IMG/VR virus record: IMGVR_UViG_3300037418_001301
Coordinates: 11,327-75,326 of that record
Source: a virus
Lineage: Duplodnaviria > Caudoviricetes
DNA: 64,000 nt
Direction: 5' to 3' (one strand)
Part shown: one piece after another, positions 48,765 to 57,475 of the stretch
How positions within the stretch are numbered: position 1 is the stretch's first letter
Layout of the letters: the number at the start of each line of letters is the position of its first letter
Position numbers and translations under genes: made by a program
The notes under the pieces: model-generated
Database searches by the model: none
What the model was told of the DNA's origin: nothing
The model's input: the letters and a program-made list of their open reading frames with translations, nothing else

Positions 48765-51287
48765 ATGGCAATGCTCGCGAGGACAGATCCCCAAGTCATC
48801 GCGGGCGAAGCTGTGCGCGGCTCCCTGCAAGAACGCTTCCAAGACATGCTGAACATTGCCAGCGTGGCTTACAATCGCGCCAAGATGACTGACACGACGA
48901 TGAGCGATCAGTTCTCCGCCCCCGGCCAGTTCAACGCCTATGGCCAAAAGATGCCGCCCGGCACGCGCTCGCTTGTCGGACTGGCTCAAGCGGCGATTGA
49001 TCAGGTCAACAAATACGGCCCTGTCAACAACGCAACTTACTACGCAACGCCGGCTGCGGTTGGCAATCTGCCCAGCAATCTTTCGCTGGAAACGGCAACC
49101 GTTGGCCATCAATACTTTTCGGACCCACTGAACCGCGGCATTATTACCGCCCAAGGCACTCTCGTTCCAGACCCTTCAAAGCTTGGGTTGGAAGCTAAGA
49201 TGGTGACAACGACGCCAGACGTCGTGACTGCCCCGGTTGATCCTGCATTCGCTGCCTCTGGCTTGCTGGCCGGGTCGCCACTCGCCACGCTTGGCGCTCC
49301 CGTCGCCACGCCGACTGCCGAGAATTACGCCGGGACGGGCCTTGAAGGCTACGCAGCGGTTCCGAGCACACTTGGCAATGTGCCGGCGGAAGCGGATGCA
49401 GGTGCATCTCTTGGGCTTGATGCAAACGCCAGGATAAGCTCGCTCATAGACAACGCTTCGCCATTTGAGCGCATGGGCGTGCCTGTTTCATCGTTCCCGT
49501 CCCTGGCGGGAACAGGGCCATTCAGCGCGTCGATGGATGTAAATGCCTCGCTCGGTGGAATGAAACAGCCGAACCTTGCCGCATCTGCCAGTGTGCCGAT
49601 GTCGGCCGCACTGTTTTCGCCGACGATGTCCACGCCAACTCTGAACAGTTTTGCCGAAATGGCGGCGGCTAAGCCGATGGCTACGCCCATAGACGCTTCT
49701 GTCTCTGCGCAGCTTGGCCTTCCTTCGCCTATGGAGGCCTCTGCAGTCGCGCAGCCGAACCAGAGCATGCCAACGGTCAACTCTTGGTCAGATGTCGCTG
49801 CAGCAAGCCCTATTCAGGCACCAGAGGCAAGCGGTATCAATTCGCCAGAAATGCAGGCGATGCGGGAAAGCGTTGCCGAGCATCTCGCCAATATGAAATC
49901 GATCACGGCCAGCCCCACGAAGAACGGCTATGTGGATATGGCAAATGCCGGGCCTATGGCAATCGGCGTCCCGGCCGATCCGAATGCGTCATTGGGCGTT
50001 GGTGCAGAGTTGGCAGCCACAGGCGCGGCAACGCCGGTCAACAACGAGACACCATCGCAGCGCATGGATATCGGCCCGGCTGGCTTCGACCCGAGCCGCT
50101 TTGGCGACGTGACAGCGAAGAATTTTGACCCAGCGCGCTATGGGACGCCATCCGCTTTAGATCAGGTAATGTCGACGCCAACCAGTTATCTCGACGCGCC
50201 GGCAATAGCCTCCACTACACCAACACCTACGACAACCACTGCAACGCCAAGCCTCAATTCGCTCGTCGGCCCTGCCGCGGACGAAGCCTATGCCAATGCT
50301 CAACTGGCAAGTTACAACACGCCTTCAGTCCCCGCGATGGCGTCAGACGGTTTGCTTGGAGCGCCAGCCTCAATCCAGTCCGTCGTAAACCCAACAACGG
50401 TCCCAGGCGCAAGCATTCCGTCCGTCAACGCACCAAGTCTGCCATCATCGACCTTAGACACGCCAAGCATCGCGGCCGATCCCAATGTCTCGTTGACAAG
50501 TCCATCGTTGATCAGCTCCACGCCTATTTCGAACGTGACCGCGCCACAGGTCGTAGACTCAACGCCAGCAGTAACCAGCCAAGTTACCGCACCATCGTTG
50601 ACATCCTCGCTCAAGGCCCCGAACAACTCGATCTCCAGCACAACATCTGCATCGCCGATGCATACTGCGATGGATGTCTGGGGCGGATTGGCGACAACGG
50701 GTATCGCAACGGATGGCTCGACCGTGTCGCGCCTGGATGACGGAACGATCGGCCGATACAATCCGGCATTTGACCACACCGAATTTACCAACCCAGACGG
50801 CTCTTATGGCGGCATGAAGAAGGGCAATGTGCTTGGGCAAACGGACCCAAATGCCTCACTGTCTTCGCCGTCGATTTCGAGCACGTCAAGCACCGCACCG
50901 GGGTCTTCGCTTAATGGCGGGCTTTCGCGGCTTTCAAACTCGATCTTCAGCGGCGGCACTCTTGGTGCGCTAGCCGGGGGCCTTCTCGGTACTGCACTTG
51001 CAGGCCCAATCGGCGGAATTGCGCTCGGCATGGTCGGACAGAAGTTGGGCGGCAATTATCTCGGCGATCAAGTCCCGGATGAAAGCCCGATGCACTCGCT
51101 CTTCGGTCTGCTGACCGGCAGCCCAGCGCCGGGTGCCACAACGACATCCTCGTCAGCACTTGGCGGCGGTGGCGGAACTTATGGATCTCCTAGCCACGGT
51201 TCTACCAGCCCCGGCGGCGGTGGCGGCGTCAACGGGACATCGACTGGCCCCGGCGGCGGTGGCGGCTTCAGCCCCGGACTCTTCTAA
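48765..51287 (+). CDS. virion protein with N-terminal SleB/Hydrolase_2-like cell-wall hydrolase domain and a long S/T/P/A-rich region
   Basis: IAGEA...IASVAYNRA...APGQFNAY...ATYY...VGHQYF. Confidence 0.7.
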   Translation: MAMLARTDPQVIAGEAVRGSLQERFQDMLNIASVAYNRAKMTDTTMSDQFSAPGQFNAYGQKMPPGTRSLVGLAQAAIDQVNKYGPVNNATYYATPAAVGNLPSNLSLETATVGHQYFSDPLNRGIITAQGTLVPDPSKLGLEAKMVTTTPDVVTAPVDPAFAASGLLAGSPLATLGAPVATPTAENYAGTGLEGYAAVPSTLGNVPAEADAGASLGLDANARISSLIDNASPFERMGVPVSSFPSLAGTGPFSASMDVNASLGGMKQPNLAASASVPMSAALFSPTMSTPTLNSFAEMAAAKPMATPIDASVSAQLGLPSPMEASAVAQPNQSMPTVNSWSDVAAASPIQAPEASGINSPEMQAMRESVAEHLANMKSITASPTKNGYVDMANAGPMAIGVPADPNASLGVGAELAATGAATPVNNETPSQRMDIGPAGFDPSRFGDVTAKNFDPARYGTPSALDQVMSTPTSYLDAPAIASTTPTPTTTTATPSLNSLVGPAADEAYANAQLASYNTPSVPAMASDGLLGAPASIQSVVNPTTVPGASIPSVNAPSLPSSTLDTPSIAADPNVSLTSPSLISSTPISNVTAPQVVDSTPAVTSQVTAPSLTSSLKAPNNSISSTTSASPMHTAMDVWGGLATTGIATDGSTVSRLDDGTIGRYNPAFDHTEFTNPDGSYGGMKKGNVLGQTDPNASLSSPSISSTSSTAPGSSLNGGLSRLSNSIFSGGTLGALAGGLLGTALAGPIGGIALGMVGQKLGGNYLGDQVPDESPMHSLFGLLTGSPAPGATTTSSSALGGGGGTYGSPSHGSTSPGGGGGVNGTSTGPGGGGGFSPGLF

Positions 51288-51304
51288 CAAAAAGAGAAAA
51301 TCAG

Positions 51305-52999
51305 ATGCCAAGCAATTATCCTTTCCTGGTGGCCCTGAACGGGACACTAACGGAAGCGGCTGCGCTCGCAGGCGAGTTGCCAGAAAACCTGCGGGATGCT
51401 GCGGATGTCTATTCCAAGGAGGAGATAACCGGGGCATCTCTCGCCACCTCCGGCGTCTCTACGCTTGTGGGGGTGGATGGGAGTGGGGGGATTGTTCGCA
51501 TGGCACCGGGATACGTCACTCCCGAAATGCACAATGCGAAAGGTGACGGCGCAGCAAACGACACAGCAGCGCTGACGGCGGCGCTTGCTGTCGGTCTTCC
51601 TCTCCGTCTTACAAAAGGTAAAAATTACAAGGTCACAAACCTTATTCTATCTTCAGGCACCATTCTTGATCTCAATGGCGCGACGATCACGGCATATGCG
51701 GGCGCGACCAATATCCTGGAATTTGCAGACGACGCCACCGACGTCGCGGTCAGTGGGCCAGGGTATATCAACTGCAACTCCATCGCAGCTTATGGCATTT
51801 TCGCAGAAGGCACGGCTGCGAAAAGGATTGACATCAACAACCTGCACATCAATGCGCCAACCTCGGATGGCATTCGCATCCGGCAGGCATCCGATATCAG
51901 CATTTCCGATAATACGGTTGACAGTCCTGGCCAACATGGCATTTGCCTCACGACAACCGCGCTCGATTTCTCAATCGACAACAACAAGATTTATAATCCG
52001 GCCGGCGCTGGCATTATCTTTTCCGTTGGCGTGAAAGGCTCGATCAAAGGCAACGTGATCCACCAGCCTGGCCCTAGTGGTGACGGCATCACCGGCTATT
52101 CCGTGGACAATGCTGATGTCGAGATTTCCGGCAACACGATTGTGGATTCGGAAAATCACGGCATCCATGTCGGCGGTCAGCGCATCAGGATCATTGGCAA
52201 TCTGGTAAACGGCGCGAGCGCAAACGATGGCATACTCATCGGCGCGACAACGACCGGAAGCTCTACCGATCCTCATGCCGACAGCAATCATTGCGTCATG
52301 TCGGGAAATGTTGTGACTGGCGCACTTCAAAACGCGCTGTATTTCCGCGACGTCTATTACAGTTCCATGACTGCGAACGTGGCGACGGGCACAACAACTG
52401 GCGTTCAGGTCAATATCGAAACATCGTCCTTTAACACCATCACTGGGAACGTTGCTCAAGGCGGCGCAAGTCATGGCTTCTACCTGCATGGCGGAACGTA
52501 CAACACGCTTACCGGCAATATGTCGAAGGCCAATCTCGGCAACGCGTATAGGCTTGAGGACAATTCCGGCACAGGATCGACGCACAACGTCCTGACAGCC
52601 AACATGTCCAAGGATGACAATCGCGGCTTTATCGAATCAACGAATTCTGACTACAACTACTTCGTTGACAACGTTGTCGAAAATCCGACTGTAGATAGCT
52701 ATGTTGTTACCGGGGCTAACACGGTCCTCAATAACAAGCCGCTCTTTGCTTCGGCGGTCTATGACCCTGCATCGCTCGCTGATGGCGCTGGGGTCACGAC
52801 CACTGTCACGGTAACTGGTGCAAAGGTAGGTGATTTTGTGGACGCCACCTTCAGCGTTGCCCTATCAGATGTGCTCATGACCGCATGGGTGTCCGCCAAT
52901 GACACCGTATCTGTCCGGTTCCAGAACGAGAGCGGCGGCACGCGCGATCTGTCAGCCGGGACGATCAGGGTTCGCGTCGTTCGCATTTCTTCCGGTTGA
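51305..52999 (+). CDS. tailspike / right-handed beta-helix depolymerase
   Basis: AKGDGAANDTAAL start; repeated ISxN.I...GI beta-helix rungs; C-terminal YDPASLADGAG...TVTGAKVGD domain. Confidence 0.85.
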   Translation: MPSNYPFLVALNGTLTEAAALAGELPENLRDAADVYSKEEITGASLATSGVSTLVGVDGSGGIVRMAPGYVTPEMHNAKGDGAANDTAALTAALAVGLPLRLTKGKNYKVTNLILSSGTILDLNGATITAYAGATNILEFADDATDVAVSGPGYINCNSIAAYGIFAEGTAAKRIDINNLHINAPTSDGIRIRQASDISISDNTVDSPGQHGICLTTTALDFSIDNNKIYNPAGAGIIFSVGVKGSIKGNVIHQPGPSGDGITGYSVDNADVEISGNTIVDSENHGIHVGGQRIRIIGNLVNGASANDGILIGATTTGSSTDPHADSNHCVMSGNVVTGALQNALYFRDVYYSSMTANVATGTTTGVQVNIETSSFNTITGNVAQGGASHGFYLHGGTYNTLTGNMSKANLGNAYRLEDNSGTGSTHNVLTANMSKDDNRGFIESTNSDYNYFVDNVVENPTVDSYVVTGANTVLNNKPLFASAVYDPASLADGAGVTTTVTVTGAKVGDFVDATFSVALSDVLMTAWVSANDTVSVRFQNESGGTRDLSAGTIRVRVVRISSG

Positions 53000-53000
53000 T

Positions 53001-54086
53001 CTATTTTGCTGCGGCTAGAAGTTCCTCATCACAAATCGTCTTTACAATTTGCGATGTCTCCTGTTCGAATTCTGCGGCGCGCTGGCTGACCAGATCGGCA
53101 GACGCGGAAATCAGTTCGATATCATCATCAACTGCGTGTTTGAAAAACAGCCGCATAACGTGGCTTACGCCAGCCTCTTCGACCTCGCGCAGGTCAGGAC
53201 CGTAATAGGCGCCGCGGTTATAGTTTCCGGTTATCACCTCGTATGAGGGGAAATAGTGAGCGTTCTCGTATTGCCGCACGAGTTCCTCTGCCGCGACACG
53301 CAAGACCGATTTAGAGTAAGTGGTTGCGGCGAGAACGTGATTGTCAGTCGCGGTCGCGATCAGTGGCACGGGCGAGACGGTGAGAATAAACGAGCATCTC
53401 GGATTAATGACCTTCATTCTGTCAAAAAACTCGACCATGTCAGCGACAACATCGCTGACCGTCAGGTTTAAGAATAGGTGTCTCTCATCATCGAAAACTC
53501 CCCCTTTGACGCCAGGGCAAACAGGGAACGCGGCGCCATCCTCTGCAGAGATCCACACTTCGGTCAGGCCTAGCGTGAAAACAAATACGTCACATTCTTC
53601 AAAGCAGCGCCTGACTGCTGCAAAATGCGCCTTTCTGTCCCGCGCCAGTTCAAGGCGGCTCCGGAACCCGGTGGGCTGAATATTTGGGCGGAATGGATCG
53701 ACCCATGCTCCATCTTCAAGCTGCCAAGCAGTTTCTTCTGGCGAGAAATCGCCGTAGACACGCTGTATCAACTGCAGCAACTGCCGAGACGTATAGATGT
53801 TGCCGTAGCGGGCTGAAAATGTGCCATAGTTATGCTTCTTCTTGATCTCTGGAAGGATGATTGGATGGCCAGGCTCTGTCACGAAATAGTTGAAACCGGA
53901 GTTTGCTAAGTGGCGCGCGATGTGCTGGGCAAAGCAACTCCCTGCTGTCGCGATCTTCATCTTCCTATCGATCTTCAAGTCAAACTTGACGGCAGGATCA
54001 ACATCGTCAGGCGACAAATTGGATATTGAGTTGCGCCAAAACGCCGTCTTAGGCTGGCTGCGATACGGAACTTGCTTCGGTGCCAT
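53001..54086 (-). CDS. GSCFA family protein
   Basis: IATAGSCFAQHI; VFTLGLTEVW; LTVSPVPL; YSKSVLR; YFPSYE. Confidence 0.92.
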   Translation of the reverse strand: MAPKQVPYRSQPKTAFWRNSISNLSPDDVDPAVKFDLKIDRKMKIATAGSCFAQHIARHLANSGFNYFVTEPGHPIILPEIKKKHNYGTFSARYGNIYTSRQLLQLIQRVYGDFSPEETAWQLEDGAWVDPFRPNIQPTGFRSRLELARDRKAHFAAVRRCFEECDVFVFTLGLTEVWISAEDGAAFPVCPGVKGGVFDDERHLFLNLTVSDVVADMVEFFDRMKVINPRCSFILTVSPVPLIATATDNHVLAATTYSKSVLRVAAEELVRQYENAHYFPSYEVITGNYNRGAYYGPDLREVEEAGVSHVMRLFFKHAVDDDIELISASADLVSQRAAEFEQETSQIVKTICDEELLAAAK

Positions 54087-54834
54087 TTACATTCGCCCTT
54101 TCGAAATATCTCATCGCCGCCGAGACGAGTTCGCGGCCATATAGTGCGTTTGCGTGCGTAGCGTTCGTAGAGTAATATTTTTGCGGCAAAAACATGCCAT
54201 GGTCGAGATCAACGGGAGTGTAGATATAAGGTATGCCCGCTGCTCGACAGTGCCGTGCATAAAGCTCGCACGATACTCGCCAAAGCTTATATCTTAGCGC
54301 TGGCGGCGCGATTTTAGGGCGCAGCCCTTCGTCGGACGTCTTAAAATACCAGTCAAGATTTCTGGCTATGAAATCATCGTCTCCGATCGGAGGCGGGGAC
54401 TCCACATGGACAGTCTCACTGCCGAGCAAAGGCAGAGTGTAATTAATAGTCAAAAAGCTATCTCTAAGCCGATGGTACATCGAGTCCCTGATAACGTCGT
54501 ACGGGATCACTTCTGCATTTGCGGAGAGCGGAAGATCCTCTGATCCTGGCAACGCAAAATCAAACGGCCGCGTGTGTTCAAGAAGCCCAAGAACGTTGTG
54601 ATAATTCCCTCCGACTATAAGGATCGACTTTACGTCATGCGCTTTCGCGAACGCGCCGATGTCGCCTGATAGGTTCTGTTCCGTCAAATTCTCGAGTGAT
54701 GCGGTCAAGCGCTGCCTGAGGTCTGCTGTTCCTTCGACGCCAACTAGGCTGGTTGATGCGAATTTCAGGCCCAATTGTTGCGCGGCTTGGGATAGCGCTA
54801 CGATGTGGCTATGACCGACAATCAGAAACTTCAT
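54049..54834 (-). CDS. SGNH-like hydrolase
   Basis: IVGHSH N-terminal motif; NATHANALYG C-terminal His motif; overlaps the GSCFA gene start. Confidence 0.6.
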   Translation of the reverse strand: MKFLIVGHSHIVALSQAAQQLGLKFASTSLVGVEGTADLRQRLTASLENLTEQNLSGDIGAFAKAHDVKSILIVGGNYHNVLGLLEHTRPFDFALPGSEDLPLSANAEVIPYDVIRDSMYHRLRDSFLTINYTLPLLGSETVHVESPPPIGDDDFIARNLDWYFKTSDEGLRPKIAPPALRYKLWRVSCELYARHCRAAGIPYIYTPVDLDHGMFLPQKYYSTNATHANALYGRELVSAAMRYFERANVNGTEASSVSQPA

Positions 54835-54900
54835 CGTCTCAACCTCCTCAGAAGTGGTTGTAATACGTTCAATCAACGCGACTGGCAATAACGAGTTTCA

Positions 54901-54928
54901 AGGCTCCCATTCGGGGGCCTTTTCTTTT
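54901..54928 (+). terminator. intrinsic terminator
   Basis: AGGCTCCC-attc-GGGGGCCT followed by T-rich tail. Confidence 0.7.
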
Positions 54929-54952
54929 CCACTTACAACTGAGGAAACAACC

Positions 54953-55009
54953 ATGAACCGTGCTGCGTTCTTCGCCGCCGTGCGAGCCTCGATGTTTGGC
55001 GGGCACCTA
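54953..55009 (+). pseudogene. N-terminal remnant of a probable GH19-type endolysin
   Basis: RBS GAGG, then MNRAAFFAAVRASMFGGHL, which I recall as the N-terminus of rhizobial prophage GH19 lysins; this stretch ends exactly at the stop of the opposite-strand HNH gene. Confidence 0.5.
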
Positions 55010-55747
55010 GTCCTTGTTCCGATCTGGATGGCCGTGAGACAGGTAGCTCTCTCGGGTGCGGCGCGGCTTTTGGCTCCAGGCTTGCGAAGACACTGCTTCT
55101 TCAAGCGAGATCCCATTCTGCACCCGGTATAGCGCAGCGGACCTTTTGACCCCGTAGAAACGGCATGCGGCGGCCATGGTGGGGAACTCCAGACCGCCGA
55201 TAGCAACAGGGATGGCCCCGCGCCGCTTGCCAGTCGCTACATCGTGTGCAGTCGACCACTCGCAGTTCGCGGGCGTGTAATCTGCCTTGGTGTCCCTGCG
55301 GCGTAATACTGAGGTATCGATGGGTTTCGGCCCCATGTCGGCCAAGAAGGCCTCAAACGAATTGGCCCACTCCGGGCAGACCTTGATGCCACGGCCACCG
55401 TAATTGCGGAAGTCGGCGCTGGTTTGGTCTGAGCACCGCCGCTTGATCTGCAGCCATATCTTATACTCCGGGCTGATTGTGCTCTTTCGTTTGTGCCCGT
55501 GCTTCGTCATGGCGCGGGAGACCTGTTCTCTGAACTCGTCGCTTCGACAATGGGCGCTCGCAACTTCCCTTTGCAGGCAGCCACACGATTTTGTCCAGCC
55601 GCGCCGAAGGCTTCGTCCGATGGCGATCCTTTCGCGGCCGCACTCGCATACGCAAATCCAGGTTGCTCTGGTACCAGAAGAGCTTGCTCGGCCCGTTACC
55701 GTCAGCCTGCCGAACTTCATCCCAGTCAATTCGGTGGTCTCAGCCAC
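55007..55747 (-). CDS. HNH-type homing endonuclease, apparently degenerate
   Basis: FGRLTV...WICVCECG...TKSCGC...YGGRGIKVCPEW...FLADMG; the usual LDRIDN/N.RW/NNRR residues read LRRRDT/NCEW/TGKRR. Confidence 0.8.
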   Translation of the reverse strand: MAETTELTGMKFGRLTVTGRASSSGTRATWICVCECGRERIAIGRSLRRGWTKSCGCLQREVASAHCRSDEFREQVSRAMTKHGHKRKSTISPEYKIWLQIKRRCSDQTSADFRNYGGRGIKVCPEWANSFEAFLADMGPKPIDTSVLRRRDTKADYTPANCEWSTAHDVATGKRRGAIPVAIGGLEFPTMAAACRFYGVKRSAALYRVQNGISLEEAVSSQAWSQKPRRTRESYLSHGHPDRNKD

Positions 55748-55812
55748 GATCCGCCTCCGTGTTTTGACACTTTATACCACAACACTATCAACCATCCAAC
55801 AAGGAGCCTGAA

Positions 55813-56340
55813 ATGAACTCCAACTTTCAGGAATCGCTCACCCGCGTCCTCAAATCCGAAGGCGGCTTCGTCAACAATCCGAAGGACCCTGGCGGCGCGA
55901 CCAATCTCGGGATCACCATCGGTACGGCCAAACGGTATGGCATCGACATGGATGGCGACCACGACACCGATATTGTGGACATCAAGAACCTGACCGTCAC
56001 TGCGGCGGCCAAGATTTACCGGGGCGAATATTGGGACAAGATTGCTGGCGATCTCCTCCCGTCTGGCCTCGACTATGCCGCCTTCGACTTTGCGGTAAAC
56101 AGCGGCGTTGATCGGGCGGCGAAATACCTGCAGTCGCTCGTCGGCGTCACTCAGGATGGCAAGATCGGGCCGAAGACGCTCACCGCGATCGAGAGCGAAG
56201 ATGACGGACGTTTGATCGACGCCCTCTGCGACAAGCGGCTTGCCTTCCTTCGTTCCCTCTCGACCTGGCCGACATTTGGCAAGGGCTGGGGCTCCCGCGT
56301 CAGTGCTGTTCGCGCTGCCGCACACGGCATGGCGGCCTGA
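55813..56340 (+). CDS. GH108 endolysin with peptidoglycan-binding domain
   Basis: EGGFVNNPKDPGGATNLGIT; FDFAVNSG; DGKIGPKTL; FGKGWGSRV. Confidence 0.93.
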   Translation: MNSNFQESLTRVLKSEGGFVNNPKDPGGATNLGITIGTAKRYGIDMDGDHDTDIVDIKNLTVTAAAKIYRGEYWDKIAGDLLPSGLDYAAFDFAVNSGVDRAAKYLQSLVGVTQDGKIGPKTLTAIESEDDGRLIDALCDKRLAFLRSLSTWPTFGKGWGSRVSAVRAAAHGMAA

Positions 56341-56342
56341 TC

Positions 56343-56672
56343 ATGGGCAGCCTCGTCGGCTACATCACAAACAGCACGCTAAAGCGCGAGTTTGCTGTAG
56401 TCCTGACTGTCTGGTGGGCCGGTATTGGAACATGGCTGCTGATCCGCTCGCCAATCACGGCGGTCGTTCCTGACGCGGCGCTAGCTACTTGGGCAGGAAT
56501 GCTGATCCCCGTCTTGGGATTTGATGCTGCGGCCTTTGGAGCTGACTGGATCAGCAAGCAAACCAACATCGCCGGCCCGCCGATCAACACCGAAACCACC
56601 GTCAAAACAGAAGTCACTGATACGGCGGCTGTGGTGACAACGACATCTGAACCCACGGACCCGAAGCCATGA
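56343..56672 (+). CDS. putative holin
   Basis: Two hydrophobic segments; directly after the endolysin. Confidence 0.55.
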   Translation: MGSLVGYITNSTLKREFAVVLTVWWAGIGTWLLIRSPITAVVPDAALATWAGMLIPVLGFDAAAFGADWISKQTNIAGPPINTETTVKTEVTDTAAVVTTTSEPTDPKP

Positions 56673-57133
56673 TCACAAGCCTTCTGCGCTCGATCGCCGC
56701 GGTGCTTATTGCGGTGGCGCTGGTCGTCATTTTCTACGAGGGCATCCCGTTCGCCCGCGACATCCCGTTCATCGGCCATATCCCTGTCGTTGGGTGGGTA
56801 ATCCAGGGAGAAGTTGGCCGGCGCAAGGAAACCGCGCTCGAAGGCTTCGTGAAGCTTTCCGAAAAGCAAACTGCAGAAGCCAAGGCCGCCGAAGCCAAGC
56901 GTCAGGCGGACATCAACGCTCAAAGCGCTGAGGAATACCGCAAGAAACTCGCCATCGTCCAAGAGGAGTCCGCTCGGAATGATGCGGCCCAAGACAAGGA
57001 GATTGCCGACTATGAAAAACAGTTGGCTGACACCAAGCGCACTTGTGCTCTCAACGACGATGATCTTCGCGTCATCATGCACAACGGAACGGGCAAGGCT
57101 GCTCCAGTCGTCAAGCGAAAGGGGCCGCATTGA
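56669..57133 (+). CDS. inner-membrane spanin (Rz-like)
   Basis: N-terminal TM, coiled coil, C-terminal CALNDDD. Confidence 0.7.
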   Translation: MITSLLRSIAAVLIAVALVVIFYEGIPFARDIPFIGHIPVVGWVIQGEVGRRKETALEGFVKLSEKQTAEAKAAEAKRQADINAQSAEEYRKKLAIVQEESARNDAAQDKEIADYEKQLADTKRTCALNDDDLRVIMHNGTGKAAPVVKRKGPH

Positions 57134-57323
57134 GGCTGGCGTCCTCCTGCCCGATCTGCCCGGTGATTGTCGTTTTCAGGAGCCTCATGCTGCCATCACA
57201 GAAGGCGCTGAGGCGCGTTCCGTCCTGATCCGAGAGCGTGGGCAACTCGACAAAGCAAACGCGCGTGTGGGGCGCTGCGCTGCCTTCCACGACAGCCTCA
57301 AAATCAAGATGGAGAAGCGCTGA
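57012..57323 (+). CDS. outer-membrane spanin (Rz1-like lipoprotein)
   Basis: Overlaps Rz in another frame; MKNSWLTPSALVLSTTMIFASSC lipobox-like; LPDLPGDC. Confidence 0.65.
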   Translation: MKNSWLTPSALVLSTTMIFASSCTTERARLLQSSSERGRIEAGVLLPDLPGDCRFQEPHAAITEGAEARSVLIRERGQLDKANARVGRCAAFHDSLKIKMEKR

Positions 57324-57475
57324 TGCTGCGACTGTTATTGGGGTTGCGACGAGGGCTTACGGATAGCAGTAGCAGCCGCCCTCCTTTATCCGCCGGCTTT
57401 GCCTATTCAATCATGCCTGACGGCTCCTACGAGGTTTGGCCGGACGGTTCCTATGTCGTGGAGAATGTCGCATGA
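57323..57475 (+). CDS. small protein with PDGSY repeats
   Basis: Translated by hand: MLRLLLGLRRG...PDGSYEVWPDGSYVVENVA; coupled on both sides. Confidence 0.5.
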   Translation: MLRLLLGLRRGLTDSSSSRPPLSAGFAYSIMPDGSYEVWPDGSYVVENVA

